DNA of 64,000 nucleotides, taken from assembly GCA_963827275.1 (NCBI GenBank), contig CAWHAA010000004.1, positions 576,001 through 640,000 of the forward strand, given 5' to 3'. The position numbers and the translations under genes were made by a program. The DNA is from an uncultured Spirochaetota bacterium. GTDB taxonomy: Bacteria > Spirochaetota > UBA4802 > UBA5550. The notes below the pieces were generated by a model that had not been told where the DNA came from, did no database searches, and saw only the letters and a list, made by a program, of their open reading frames with translations. Shown in pieces: positions 20,810 through 31,203 of this stretch (positions within the stretch are counted from its first letter, which is position 1; every line of letters begins with the position of its first letter).

Positions 20810-20840
20810 CCCCGGACGACAACATGGGAAGGATGTATTT

Positions 20841-21488
20841 ATGCGGATAATACTGCTGGGTGCCCCGGGAGCGGGGAAAGGGACGGTCGCGGAGATCCTG
20901 ATGCAGCGGTACGGGATCAAACAGATATCGACCGGTGACATGCTCCGCGGCGCGGTGAAATCGGGGTCGGAGCTGGGGACCGCCGCGCAGGGATACATGA
21001 ACCGGGGCGAACTTGTACCGGACAGCCTGATACTGGATATCATGGAAAAGCGCCTCCAGGCGGAGGACTGCCGGAAAGGCTTCATCCTTGACGGGTTTCC
21101 CCGCACCATCGGCCAGGCCGAGTCGCTCGCATCGATGCTCGGGAAGCTTGATATGAAAATTGACGCGATCGTAAACCTTGAAGTGCCGGAAGATGTGATC
21201 ATGAGGAGGCTCGGCTCGCGCAGGACCTGCTCCAATGCCGATTGCCAGGCGATCTACAACATATACACCAAACCATCGCTGAAAGAGGGGATATGCGACA
21301 GATGCGGCAGCCCCACTGTCCAGCGGGACGACGAGACCGATGAGGCAATCAAGAAACGGTTGGCCACCTACGCGGAAAAGACCGCTCCCCTTATCAATTT
21401 TTATAAAAACGACCCTGCCTTTGTAACGGCGCCTTCGCTCAAACCTGAACCGGCCGTCGAAGCAATTGCGGCTCTCGTGGGCCGCTGA
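20841..21488 (+). CDS. adk: Adenylate kinase
   Basis: LLGAPGAGKGT, ISTGDMLR, GFILDGFPRT, Cys-containing LID, QRDDE. Confidence 0.95.
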   Translation: MRIILLGAPGAGKGTVAEILMQRYGIKQISTGDMLRGAVKSGSELGTAAQGYMNRGELVPDSLILDIMEKRLQAEDCRKGFILDGFPRTIGQAESLASMLGKLDMKIDAIVNLEVPEDVIMRRLGSRRTCSNADCQAIYNIYTKPSLKEGICDRCGSPTVQRDDETDEAIKKRLATYAEKTAPLINFYKNDPAFVTAPSLKPEPAVEAIAALVGR

Positions 21489-21615
21489 CGCTTTTCCATG
21501 AGAATATCATGGAAAAAACACTTTACAAATAACCGTATGTCTCACTAAAAGTTATTATGGACCCCGGCTGACGAAGCACGAATGTTCGCCGGGGTGACAA
21601 TTGCGGATCAAAAAT

Positions 21616-21702
21616 GGAGAGATGCCCGAGCTGGCCGAAGGGGACGGTCTCGAAAATCGTTGTGGGCTTTGCTCACCGAGGGTTCGAATCCCTCTCTCTC
21701 CG
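21616..21702 (+). tRNA. tRNA-Ser(CGA)
   Basis: ggagaga acceptor stem, acggt-ct-CGA-aa-atcgt, long variable arm, ggttcgaatcc. Confidence 0.95.
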
Positions 21703-21749
21703 CAGGATGATGCGCCCGCACATGTCTGCGCGCGCAGTTGCTTATAACT

Positions 21750-21834
<85 letters not shown>

Positions 21835-21968
21835 AACCAGTTGCGTTCTTGCCGATTCCGAAGCCCTCCCGGCCCCGGCGGAGAAGCGGGCGGTGCGTGT
21901 TCATTGAGCAATCCGCCTCATCGGGGGCGGAGGCTGCAATAATTAATCAGGGGATCTCTTATACACCA

Positions 21969-23723
21969 ATGTCATACCAGGTAACTGCCAGAAAATGGCG
22001 GCCCCAGCGCTTCGAAGAGGTCGTGTTCCAGGACAATGTTTCAAAGACATTGAAGAACAGCATAGAGAAGGGCCGCATATCGCACGCATACCTCTTTTCG
22101 GGGCCGCGCGGCACGGGCAAGACCACCATGGCGCGGATACTGGCGAAGGCGGTCAACTGCGAAACGGGGCCGACGCCGAATCCATGCAATGAATGCAATA
22201 ACTGCCGGGAGATCCGGCACAGCACGTCGTTCGATGTCATCGAAATCGACGGCGCGTCCAACAACAGCGTCGAGGACGTCCGCGAGCTGCGGGAGAACGT
22301 GAACTTCGCCCCGATAAAGTCACGCTACAAGGTGTACATCATCGACGAGGTGCACATGCTCAGCACGGCCGCTTTCAACGCCCTGCTGAAAACCCTGGAA
22401 GAGCCGCCGCCCCACATCGTGTTCGTATTCGCCACTACCGAGATACACAAGATACCGGACACGATACTCTCCCGCTGCCAGAAATATTTTTTCAAGAAGA
22501 TCCCGGTTGATCCGATCGTCAGCCACCTGAAGAACATCGTCCGGCACGAGGGGCTCCGGATATCGGAAAAGGCCCTCTACCCGATCGCGCGCGCCGCGGA
22601 GGGCTCCATGCGCGACGCGCAGTCGCTCCTTGACCAGGTCATCTCGTTTTCGGACCAGAGCAGGGGGGGCGATGCCGAGATCGGCGAGAAAGACGCGCTC
22701 TCCATACTCGGGATCGTCCCGGTAGAAAGCTATGTCACGCTCCTCGGAGCCATCGCTGACGCCGACGCGGCCGCGCTCATGGAAGAGGTCCACCGTGTTG
22801 CGACAATGGGCGTGGACATCCCGCGTTACGTGAACGGCTTTGTCGACATCCTACGGACCGTCAGGCTCATGCGTAACGGCGTTTCGGTGCATGAGCTGCT
22901 CGGCCTTTCCGCGGAGGAGACCGGCATGGTCCGCGATATGACCGCCGGTTTCTACGACGAGGAGCTCTCCATGATGTTCCGCATCGCCGGGGACCTCCAG
23001 TCCGGGATCAGGTATTCCAGCAATGAGCGCATCAACCTTGAGATGTCGCTCCTGGACATGATCGCGGTGAAGAAGGCGCCGACGCTGTCGTCAATCATCG
23101 GCAGGCTCGAGGGGGCGTCCGGCGCCCCCGGCGCGGGGCCGGCCGGGCCGGAAGCCGGAGGAGGCGGCCAGCCGAAAAAGAGGGCCGCCGCGGTGAAGCC
23201 GGCGGAGCCGAAGAAGGAGACCGTACGCGAGGCGGTCGCCGCGGCCGATCTGCCCTCCTCGAAACAGATCTACCGGCACTGGGAGGATTTTCTCTCGGCC
23301 ATCAAGGACAGCAAGCAGTACCTCCACTGCATCCTGAAGCCGTCCACCGTGCGCCTGGTCGAGGACACCCTGCATATCAGCTACCCGGGCGGCGCAGACC
23401 ATGCCTACTATTCCCGCATCCTGGAGTCGCGCAACCTTGATTTCATCAGGAAGGAGATGTCCGGGCTTTTCGGTAAGAACATACGGGTCGTCGTCGGGCC
23501 GGAGTCCCCGGGGCAGGCCGGCGAACAGAGAGCCGCGGGGAGCGGCGCACCCGGCGGCGGAAGGGGAGGGGAGAACCTTCCCGATGATCCCGGGTCCATC
23601 CCGCCCCCGGAAGAGGAAATGCTGAAGAACCCCGGCGTATCGGAATTCAAGCCCGTGAACAGCACGGTTGAAAAAATAAAGAACGCCTTCCACGGCCAGA
23701 TTATTGATAAAGGAGATGCGTGA
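21969..23723 (+). CDS. dnaX: DNA polymerase III subunit gamma/tau
   Basis: MSYQVTARKWRPQ, GPRGTGKTT, IIDEVHML, TILSRCQ; followed by ybaB-recR. Confidence 0.96.
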   Translation: MSYQVTARKWRPQRFEEVVFQDNVSKTLKNSIEKGRISHAYLFSGPRGTGKTTMARILAKAVNCETGPTPNPCNECNNCREIRHSTSFDVIEIDGASNNSVEDVRELRENVNFAPIKSRYKVYIIDEVHMLSTAAFNALLKTLEEPPPHIVFVFATTEIHKIPDTILSRCQKYFFKKIPVDPIVSHLKNIVRHEGLRISEKALYPIARAAEGSMRDAQSLLDQVISFSDQSRGGDAEIGEKDALSILGIVPVESYVTLLGAIADADAAALMEEVHRVATMGVDIPRYVNGFVDILRTVRLMRNGVSVHELLGLSAEETGMVRDMTAGFYDEELSMMFRIAGDLQSGIRYSSNERINLEMSLLDMIAVKKAPTLSSIIGRLEGASGAPGAGPAGPEAGGGGQPKKRAAAVKPAEPKKETVREAVAAADLPSSKQIYRHWEDFLSAIKDSKQYLHCILKPSTVRLVEDTLHISYPGGADHAYYSRILESRNLDFIRKEMSGLFGKNIRVVVGPESPGQAGEQRAAGSGAPGGGRGGENLPDDPGSIPPPEEEMLKNPGVSEFKPVNSTVEKIKNAFHGQIIDKGDA

Positions 23724-24046
23724 TGCTGAAGGGACTTGGCGATATCGGGAACATGATGAAGCTCCAGAAGGAGTTCAAGAACATACAGAAAAAGATCACC
23801 GACTCCGTGCTCGTGGGGGTGAGCCCCAACGCGAAGGTGTCGGTTGAGATGGCCGGCGACTACAAGGTCAAGGAGATAACGATCGACCCCGCCTACCTGA
23901 AAAGCGTCGACCAGAAGGAGCTCGAAAAGATGCTCCGCACCGCGTTCAATAACGCCGTCGATGCGGTGAAGCATTTTTCCACCGAGGAGATGGAAAAGCT
24001 GGCCGGCGGCCTCGGCCTCCCCGGCCTCGGCGGCATGTTCAAGTAG
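23720..24046 (+). CDS. ybaB: YbaB/EbfC nucleoid-associated protein
   Basis: Size, sequence character and position between dnaX and recR. Confidence 0.88.
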   Translation: MMLKGLGDIGNMMKLQKEFKNIQKKITDSVLVGVSPNAKVSVEMAGDYKVKEITIDPAYLKSVDQKELEKMLRTAFNNAVDAVKHFSTEEMEKLAGGLGLPGLGGMFK

Positions 24047-24059
24047 GCGGCGGGATCGC

Positions 24060-24656
24060 ATGAAATCCTCGGCCTATCTTGATGCGCTCATAAAAAAAAT
24101 AGCGAAGCTGCCGGGCATCGGGCCCAAGAGCGCGTCGCGCATCGCCTTCCACATACTCGGCATGCACCGGGACGATGTCGAGGGGCTTGCCAGGGCCATG
24201 ATAGATCTGAAGAAGAACACCTTTACCTGCTCGGTGTGCGGCGGCATTTCGGACGGCGAGGTGTGCTGGATATGCCAGGACCCCTCGCGGGACAGGGGGC
24301 TCCTCTGCGTTGTCGAGGACGCGAAGGACGTGCTCACCATAGAGGGGACCGGCGAGTTCCGGGGGGTGTTCCATGTCATCAACGGGCTGATATCCCCGCT
24401 TGACGGGATCGGGCCGGATGAGCTGAATATCGGGGCGCTCGTCGCGAAATGCGGGGAGGGCCCGCTCCGGGAAGTGATCCTGGCGCTTAATCCCTCCATT
24501 GAGGGTGACGCGACGTCACTCTATATCGCGCGCCTCATAGGCAGACCGGGCATCACGGTTTCGCGGATTGCGCACGGATTGCCCGTCGGTTCCGACCTCG
24601 AGTTCGTCGATACGGCGACAATCATCAAGTCGTTTGAAGGAAGGATAAAAATCTAG
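24060..24656 (+). CDS. recR: Recombination mediator RecR
   Basis: LPGIGPKSA, CSVC..CWIC, ISPLDGIGP, EGDAT, GLPVGSDLEF. Confidence 0.96.
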   Translation: MKSSAYLDALIKKIAKLPGIGPKSASRIAFHILGMHRDDVEGLARAMIDLKKNTFTCSVCGGISDGEVCWICQDPSRDRGLLCVVEDAKDVLTIEGTGEFRGVFHVINGLISPLDGIGPDELNIGALVAKCGEGPLREVILALNPSIEGDATSLYIARLIGRPGITVSRIAHGLPVGSDLEFVDTATIIKSFEGRIKI

Positions 24657-24663
24657 CGGCGGA

Positions 24664-25014
24664 TCAATCTTTAAGCTTCTGTTCGATATATTTCGATATG
24701 ATGATGTTCCTGTTGTCATCGGGGCTCAGGAACTGGCACCCGTACCGCCACTTGGTCATAAGCCTCTGCGAGAATTTTACCTGTAGCTTGTCTTTCCTCA
24801 TCTGCGGACCGATCTTGTAGAGTACGTTTATGATACTGTTGTCAAGATTGTCCCGCTCGCTTTCAAAAGCCATGCCGCCCACGGAGATATTGTTGAACCA
24901 GCATTCATTGGCGTTTGATTTATCGTCGCTTTCAACTATGAAATATGACGGTTGATAAAAAGCCGCGCGAGGAAACGTCCGGTGGTTTTTTTGTTTTTTT
25001 CTGAAAATCATCAT
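24664..25014 (-). CDS. PilZ domain protein
   Basis: RTFPR (RxxxR) and NISVGG (D/NxSxxG), YGCQF. Confidence 0.75.
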   Translation of the reverse strand: MMIFRKKQKNHRTFPRAAFYQPSYFIVESDDKSNANECWFNNISVGGMAFESERDNLDNSIINVLYKIGPQMRKDKLQVKFSQRLMTKWRYGCQFLSPDDNRNIIISKYIEQKLKD

Positions 25015-25137
25015 CCCCCCCCCAAAAAAAATGATACATAATTTCAATTATATAAATAATATACAAATATAATGATTTTTGTCAAACCAAGTTTTTTCAT
25101 TTTGGCGTTAAAAAGACCATAAAGTCGGGCTTTTTTT

Positions 25138-26466
25138 TTATTTTCTCCCGCCTTTCTGCCCTTTTTTGCCTTCGATCTGGATGAGAATGGGGACCCCTTT
25201 CAGGTCCAGCTCCTTTTGGAGGGATTTTTCAAAGTATCGGACGATGTCCTTCCTGAAGTGCGCCGGATTGTTGACGAAGAACTTGAACCGGGGAGGCACG
25301 GTGTCCGTCTGTGTCGCGTAATATATCTTGATGGTGCTCTGGAGCTGGGGTATGCGGTGCGACGACAGGAGCTGGGCGATAAGCCTGTTCAGGCGCGGGG
25401 TTTCGATCCTGCGCGACGCGCGTTCCTTGAGCTCGAAGGCGGTGTCGATGATCCGGTGTATCCGCTGCTTGTTTTTTGCCGATATGGATATGATGGGAAA
25501 GTCCCCCGCCTTGTAAAACTTGAATATCAGGCGGTCGGTGAAATTCGCGAAGGTCTTGTCGTCTTTTTCTATAAGGTCCCACTTGTTGATGGCGATGATG
25601 ACCGGCTTGCGGGCGGCCATGATCTCGTCGGATATTTTTTTGTCGGTCTCGGTGAGGCCGGCCTCCGCGTCGATCAGGTGCACGACGACATGGCTCCGCT
25701 CGATGGAGTCGATGGTCCTGGTCATGGAATAGTATTCGATGTCGTCCGACACGCGGCTTTTCTTCCTCATGCCCGCGGTATCGATAACGGTGATCCGCAT
25801 GCCGTGGTACATGTAGTCTTCGTCGATCGAGTCCCGGGTCGTGCCGGGGATATCGGACACCACGGCGCGGGTGTACCCGATGAGCGAATTCAGGAGCGTG
25901 GATTTCCCGGAATTGGGCCTTCCCACGATGGCGATTTTAAGATCGGGCTCGGGCCGTGCGGTCTTTTTCACCGGCAGCATGTCATGGATCTTGTCCATGA
26001 GCAGTTGGAGGTTGAAATGGGTCTTCGCCGAAATCGGCACTATGTCCTGGAACCCCATCTCGTAGAAGTTCGTCATGCTCTCCAGCAGCTCCGGGCCGTC
26101 CATCTTGTTCACGGTTATTATGACCGGCACCGAGAGCTTCCGGAGCATTTCGGCCAGGTCCATGTCGTACGCCGATGGCGCGGGGTTCTCCATGAGGAGC
26201 ACGACGAGGGACGCCCGCTTGAGATACTCGCGCGCATTGGCCAGTATCGGCTCGGACAGGACGGAGGACTCGGGCAGGTCGAGGCCCGGGGTATCGGCAA
26301 GCGTAAAGACGGCCGATTTATAATCGACGTTATACGAAAGTACGTCCCGTGTCAGGCCCGGGACCGCATCGACGATCGCCTTCTTCTGCCTGATCACGGC
26401 GTTGAAGAGGGTGGATTTGCCGACATTGCGTCTTCCGACGATTGCGACTATTGGTAAATTACTCAT
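25138..26466 (-). CDS. der: Ribosome biogenesis GTPase Der
   Basis: Two tandem G domains (GRRNVGKST and GRPNSGKST, DTAG, NKWD) plus a KH-like C-terminus. Confidence 0.95.
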   Translation of the reverse strand: MSNLPIVAIVGRRNVGKSTLFNAVIRQKKAIVDAVPGLTRDVLSYNVDYKSAVFTLADTPGLDLPESSVLSEPILANAREYLKRASLVVLLMENPAPSAYDMDLAEMLRKLSVPVIITVNKMDGPELLESMTNFYEMGFQDIVPISAKTHFNLQLLMDKIHDMLPVKKTARPEPDLKIAIVGRPNSGKSTLLNSLIGYTRAVVSDIPGTTRDSIDEDYMYHGMRITVIDTAGMRKKSRVSDDIEYYSMTRTIDSIERSHVVVHLIDAEAGLTETDKKISDEIMAARKPVIIAINKWDLIEKDDKTFANFTDRLIFKFYKAGDFPIISISAKNKQRIHRIIDTAFELKERASRRIETPRLNRLIAQLLSSHRIPQLQSTIKIYYATQTDTVPPRFKFFVNNPAHFRKDIVRYFEKSLQKELDLKGVPILIQIEGKKGQKGGRK

Positions 26467-26846
26467 TGATGGCTGCCTTTCACGGAATAGGGCAGTATCA
26501 TTTCCCCGCCCCTTGAATTCAAGCACATTCCCGTTCTAATGAGACATAAAAATTCCTTGAAAATATTCGATTGATGTTTTATACGTAACCGTGGCGGTTC
26601 AGCCGCAGGTCCGCACGCTGAATTACTATTTGAAAATGCGGTAACGGGGAGCCTGCGGCACGGGCAGAAATGGTCAAAAAAGTGATGCCGTGCGCTTGCC
26701 CGGGTACCGCTTCGCGGGTAATTTAAAGGGGGGGCCGCCATTCACTTCCATTATAAAATGATTAATTAATTCATTCGTTTATTCGATAATATAAACAGGC
26801 ATCAGCAGGTGCTGGCGCCTATACCATTGCTATCAGGGGCCCGGTT

Positions 26847-28052
26847 TTGATCCAGGTAAACCAGAGAAAAAACAGGGACTTCCAGGAGTTTGAGACGCTT
26901 GAGGATGTCATCAATATCCTGAAGTCCCAGTTTACCAACAGAAAACTCTACATTAAGTACGCCATCGATAAAACCGAGGTGAGTATCAACGAGTACCTGC
27001 CCGATGGCGCGCTGATGCTGGTTACCGATCCGAATTACAAGAACGAAGGGAACGGCATTATCATATACGGGCTGTCGGACAAGTATCTCGAGATCGACCT
27101 GGACATCATAGAAGAGCGCGGGCCCGGCTATTATCTGTGCAAGGTCAAGAGCGCCCGGCGGGCCATGCGGGGGAGGCGGGACCTCCGGTTCAAGGTCGCC
27201 CCCGATGACGTGGTCGCGACGAACTTCCGCATTTCACGCCATACCATCGATGTTTCCAACTTCAGCATCCCCACCAGCATCAAGGTCGTGCTGGAGCAGT
27301 TCCAGTCCCAGAATTCAAAGATGAGCGATGTCGTGCGCCTGGACGTGTTCAAGCCGGATGACAGGGACCGTCTCCTGCTGCAGATGAAGAAGACCGGGAA
27401 GACCCTCTGGATCGCGAATACCGCCGAACCGGAGTCGTACAAGGCGATGAACGATGACTTCGTGGACATGGGCGAGCTGTATGGCGAAGACCTGACTGCC
27501 GTGATGAAGCGGTACATCGAGCGCGGCTACCAGTCGATACTGGCGGTGCCTATCATATACATCACCGAATCGTCATCGACGGTCCCGTTCGCCTACATCC
27601 AGCTCATATCCAAGAGCAGAAATTTCACGCTCGACGATGTGCTCGAGCTCAAGGACCATTCGTTCAAGCTGATCGACCGGATCCGCGACGCCAATACCCA
27701 CCTCATCCCGATGCACCAGCGGGTGATCGATATCAGCCGCGGCGGCGCGAAGCTCAAGATCACCGACAAGAACCTCCAGAAATATATCATGCGCTCGAAA
27801 GGGTTCATCTTCGACCTCGTCTTCAAACTGCAGGCGCCCATAACCATTTTCGGGGAAGTGAAGGTGTCAGTGATTGACGACGAAGGGAGCCTCCTCGTCG
27901 GCGTGGATTTCGGCGGCAACTCGTCCCGCAAGGATGAAATGAAGCGCTACTACTCGATCCTGAAGCCCCTGGAAACCGACTACAAGGCGCGGCTGATAAA
28001 GTCCATGAAGGACCGGAAGAAAGAGACCCAGCCGCCACCCCCGCAGCAGTAA
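26847..28052 (+). CDS. DUF1577-like protein with C-terminal PilZ-like domain
   Basis: RRDLR, DISRGG, FDLVFKLQAPIT resemble Leptospira-type DUF1577 proteins (recognised from memory, not searched). Confidence 0.65.
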   Translation: MIQVNQRKNRDFQEFETLEDVINILKSQFTNRKLYIKYAIDKTEVSINEYLPDGALMLVTDPNYKNEGNGIIIYGLSDKYLEIDLDIIEERGPGYYLCKVKSARRAMRGRRDLRFKVAPDDVVATNFRISRHTIDVSNFSIPTSIKVVLEQFQSQNSKMSDVVRLDVFKPDDRDRLLLQMKKTGKTLWIANTAEPESYKAMNDDFVDMGELYGEDLTAVMKRYIERGYQSILAVPIIYITESSSTVPFAYIQLISKSRNFTLDDVLELKDHSFKLIDRIRDANTHLIPMHQRVIDISRGGAKLKITDKNLQKYIMRSKGFIFDLVFKLQAPITIFGEVKVSVIDDEGSLLVGVDFGGNSSRKDEMKRYYSILKPLETDYKARLIKSMKDRKKETQPPPPQQ

Positions 28053-28054
28053 GT

Positions 28055-28757
28055 TCACGGATTTTTCCCGCATCTCCCGCGCCGTTTCCGCGTCTGATTT
28101 CCTCGCGTAATTCGGAACGACGCTGTTGTAATCGCCGTATCGCCCGGGGTCTTTCCGGTACGCTTCGACCGCCAGCTCGCAGATGGCGTTACCGTCCGGA
28201 GTGAAGCCGCTGATCATGTTCCGCCGCACGAGCGCTGACAGCGCCTGCGCGTATTTTTCCACGCCGTTCCCCGCGCAGTGTATTGCCCGTGAACCATCCG
28301 CACCGTCTATGAGGTGACCGATGTCGTAGTCGCCGGGCGCTATGATCTCGAGCGGCGCCGGGGGCGTGCCGCCTTTCCGGTAGAGGGCGCCGAAGACCCG
28401 TCCCTTTTTCGCGTCGAAGGCGACCAGTATGCCGTCGCCCTCTTCGGCCGGGATCGAGACGGCGTAGAGAAGGTGGGTGGGCAGTCCAACCAGGGGCTTC
28501 CCCAGCACCTGCGCCAGCATGCGCGCGGTCGAGACGGCGATCCTGATGCCGGTGAAAGACCCGGGGCCCACCCCGACGCCGATCAGGTCAAGGTCGCCCG
28601 GCGTAAGACCGAGGCGCGCAAGGCACCGGTCGATGGCTGACAGGATGGTCACCGAGTGCGAGGTCTGCGACAGGGCCGATGTCTCGGCCCTGCCGTTTCC
28701 CGCGCGCGCAGCGATGATCTCGAGCGATGAAGCCGTGTCAATCACCAGGACGTTCAA
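28055..28757 (-). CDS. tsaB: tRNA t6A biosynthesis protein TsaB; as written the frame runs on to 27867, and the likely true stop is at 28055
   Basis: VIDTAS, HS..IL, GPGSFTGIRIA, DAKKGRVF, PNYARKSDAE. Confidence 0.88.
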
Positions 28758-29163
28758 TGGTTATCCTCCTGCTGGTGTCGCCGGTGCGCTCGATCATGAT
28801 CACCGTGCGGTCGCGGGGGAGCCTGCCGGAGGCCCTGTCCGCCCATTCGATCACCGAAACGCCCTCGCCCTCCCAGTATTCCTCGAAAAAGAGGCTGTCC
28901 AGTTCCTCGCTCCGTTCGATGCGGTAAAGGTCAAAGTGGTACAGGGGCGGGTCCCCCTCGTATATCTCCAGGAGGGTGAACGTGGGGCTGGTTATCTCCT
29001 CATCAATGCCCATTCCTTTCGCGATCCCTTTCGCCATGATTGTCTTTCCCGCGCCCAGGCCTCCCGTAACGGCGAAGACCGCCCCGGGACGGGCGCTCCT
29101 CCCGAGGCGTTCGGCGAATGCCCGCGTCTCCTCTTCCGAGTGTGAGATGAATTGATCGGTCAT
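28738..29163 (-). CDS. tsaE: tRNA t6A biosynthesis ATPase TsaE
   Basis: GGLGAGKT, ITSPTFTL, YHFDLYR, IEWA. Confidence 0.93.
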   Translation of the reverse strand: MTDQFISHSEEETRAFAERLGRSARPGAVFAVTGGLGAGKTIMAKGIAKGMGIDEEITSPTFTLLEIYEGDPPLYHFDLYRIERSEELDSLFFEEYWEGEGVSVIEWADRASGRLPRDRTVIMIERTGDTSRRITIERPGD

Positions 29164-29318
29164 GACGGTGCATTCTGTACGCCCGCGGCCGGCGAAGGCA
29201 AGCAAAAAGCGGGTTTGGCCCGAAACCGGCCTAAATAAAAAATTGATTGTAAATTTTTATTGATTATTTTATCATATATTTCAAAATTATGCCTCTTATA
29301 TATACAGGGGGAAGTGAT

Positions 29319-29933
29319 ATGGTTGCTGTCCCAAAAGAAGAAAAAGCAAAAAAGAAAAGAAAGATCATCATCGAGGCACTGAAGAGGCTCCTCGACAAGG
29401 ATGTCTATTCCCGCATAACGGTACAGGAGATAGCAGACGAGGCCGGCTTTTCCAAGGGAGGCGTGCTCCATTATTTTCCCACAAAAGAAGACATCTACCT
29501 CGAGCTGATAGAGGAAATCTTCACGGAATTCGTGCAGGCGCACAGTTCCATACTGGAATGGGAGCTGGCGACCGATGAGGTCGCGCCGATCTCGGCGCTG
29601 GTGGGCGCGGAAAATTTCATTATCGACAAGCGGAACATAAAGATCATCATCAATATCATCCTCTATGCCTTTGAAGACGAGAAGATAATGAAGATCATCA
29701 GCAAGTATATACGGTTGCACCGGAATTTCTACGATAACATCATTCATGATCTGGCAAAAGGGCCCGGGACCCGGGGGAGGAGAAAATCGGACATGTCGTC
29801 GAAATACCTTTCCCGGATCACGCAGACCATCGTCCTTTTTGTCGGCCTGCTCGAATCTATCGATCCGTCGGACCAGGGCGAGATGGATTATCTCGAAATC
29901 GTCAAATTTGTCACGTCGCTGCTCAGGGGATAG
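29319..29933 (+). CDS. TetR/AcrR family regulator
   Basis: ITVQEIADEAGFSKGGVLHYFPTKEDI. Confidence 0.9.
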   Translation: MVAVPKEEKAKKKRKIIIEALKRLLDKDVYSRITVQEIADEAGFSKGGVLHYFPTKEDIYLELIEEIFTEFVQAHSSILEWELATDEVAPISALVGAENFIIDKRNIKIIINIILYAFEDEKIMKIISKYIRLHRNFYDNIIHDLAKGPGTRGRRKSDMSSKYLSRITQTIVLFVGLLESIDPSDQGEMDYLEIVKFVTSLLRG

Positions 29934-30025
29934 GCACAAGGCCGCGCGGTCTTTTTTCATGTCCGCGCCGCGATGTTTCCGCCTGAACTGGCGGCGGCGC
30001 CGCAGCGGCCGGAACGGCTGAAGCC

Positions 30026-30934
30026 ATGGTAGACAGGGATCAACTCTACAAGAACCTCAACGAAGGAATACTGGCGGAGCGGCTGAGGACATTCAGGCGG
30101 AACCTCGGGAAAAATCTGGCGTCGATACAGCGCTACGGCGGGCTCAAGAGGATCGTGCCGGACCTGGACGGCCGCATGGCCGTGGTCATCGGCGCGGGGC
30201 CGTCGCTTGAGAGCAATTACGATGCGCTGAGAAAGCTGCAGTACCGTGACGAACTCGTCTATATCGCCGCGGACATGGCCCTCGGGCCGCTCATGAAGCA
30301 CGGCATCCGGCCGCGCTTTGTCATTTCGTGCGAAACCAGCCCCGTCGATTTTTTCGGGGACATCGATACCGCGCGAATGCACCTGATCGCTTTCAGCTGC
30401 ATGTCGCATGCCAATCTTCTGAGATGGCGCGGCGATATCAGTTTTTACAACTGGCTGATTCATGACGCGCCCTACGGAGACCTCTGGGAAACGGCGGGGA
30501 CCGGCCTGGGGTTCGTTGCCACGGGGAGCCTCGTCACCACCCAGGCGGTTGCGTTCGCTCTCGGGTGCGGCATCAGCGGCCTCGTGCTGGCGGGCAACGA
30601 CCTCGGCTATTCCGACCGCTTCTATGCGCGGGGGTCGGTCGCGGGACGCGCCGCGACGGCGTCCTCGTGCCGGCTTGCGACCCCGGAGACGAAGGAGCGG
30701 GAGCGCTCGCGCCGCGCCAGGGAGTACGTGATCAGGCGGGGTGGGCGGGACTTTTACACCACCAGCCAGTTCCTGGCGGCGAAATTGTGGCTCGAGGAGC
30801 TCTTCCGGGGGGGGCGGGCGCCGGTATACGATTGCAGCGTGCCGGGCTGCTCTGAAAAATATGTGACAAAGATCCAATTGCGCGAATTTTTCGATGCTCT
30901 TGACGGGAGAAAAAAGAGGAAGAGGAGAAAATGA
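30026..30934 (+). CDS. MptE-like / motility-associated factor (DUF115) family protein
   Basis: VIGAGPSL, AADMAL..L.KHGIRPRF, GSLVTT, LAGNDLGY; its stop overlaps the flbD start (ATGA). Confidence 0.75.
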   Translation: MVDRDQLYKNLNEGILAERLRTFRRNLGKNLASIQRYGGLKRIVPDLDGRMAVVIGAGPSLESNYDALRKLQYRDELVYIAADMALGPLMKHGIRPRFVISCETSPVDFFGDIDTARMHLIAFSCMSHANLLRWRGDISFYNWLIHDAPYGDLWETAGTGLGFVATGSLVTTQAVAFALGCGISGLVLAGNDLGYSDRFYARGSVAGRAATASSCRLATPETKERERSRRAREYVIRRGGRDFYTTSQFLAAKLWLEELFRGGRAPVYDCSVPGCSEKYVTKIQLREFFDALDGRKKRKRRK

Positions 30935-31134
30935 TGATAACACTGCACAGGCTCAATGGCAAGGAGTTCACGCTTAACGACCATCACATTGAAACCATAG
31001 AAGCGACACCCGACAGCGTCATCACCCTGACGAACGAAAAAAAATATGTTGTTGCGGAATCGGTTAAGGAGATCATCGACAGGATCGCCGAATACCAGAA
31101 GGAGTTGAAAAAAAAAGCCGGAGATGAAGAGTAG
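30931..31134 (+). CDS. flbD: Flagellar protein FlbD/SwrD
   Basis: MITLHRLNGKEFTLN..HIETIEATPDSVITL.NEKKYVV.ES. Confidence 0.92.
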   Translation: MMITLHRLNGKEFTLNDHHIETIEATPDSVITLTNEKKYVVAESVKEIIDRIAEYQKELKKKAGDEE

Positions 31135-31203
31135 GTTTCAATAATAATTAAATCTTGACAGATGGCAGATTTATTTTCCTGATGTAAGGGTAAGGAGACA
31201 ACA

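Noticed and set aside
21835..21968. SRP RNA (ffs) between tRNA-Ser and dnaX
   Set aside because: The position is typical, but I could not find the conserved CAGG..GGAA..AGCAG helix-8 motif.
27867..28054. Genuine 186-nt convergent overlap / C-terminal extension of TsaB
   Set aside because: Removing one base from the T5 run at 28062-28066 gives a stop at 28055, fitting the window's indel pattern.
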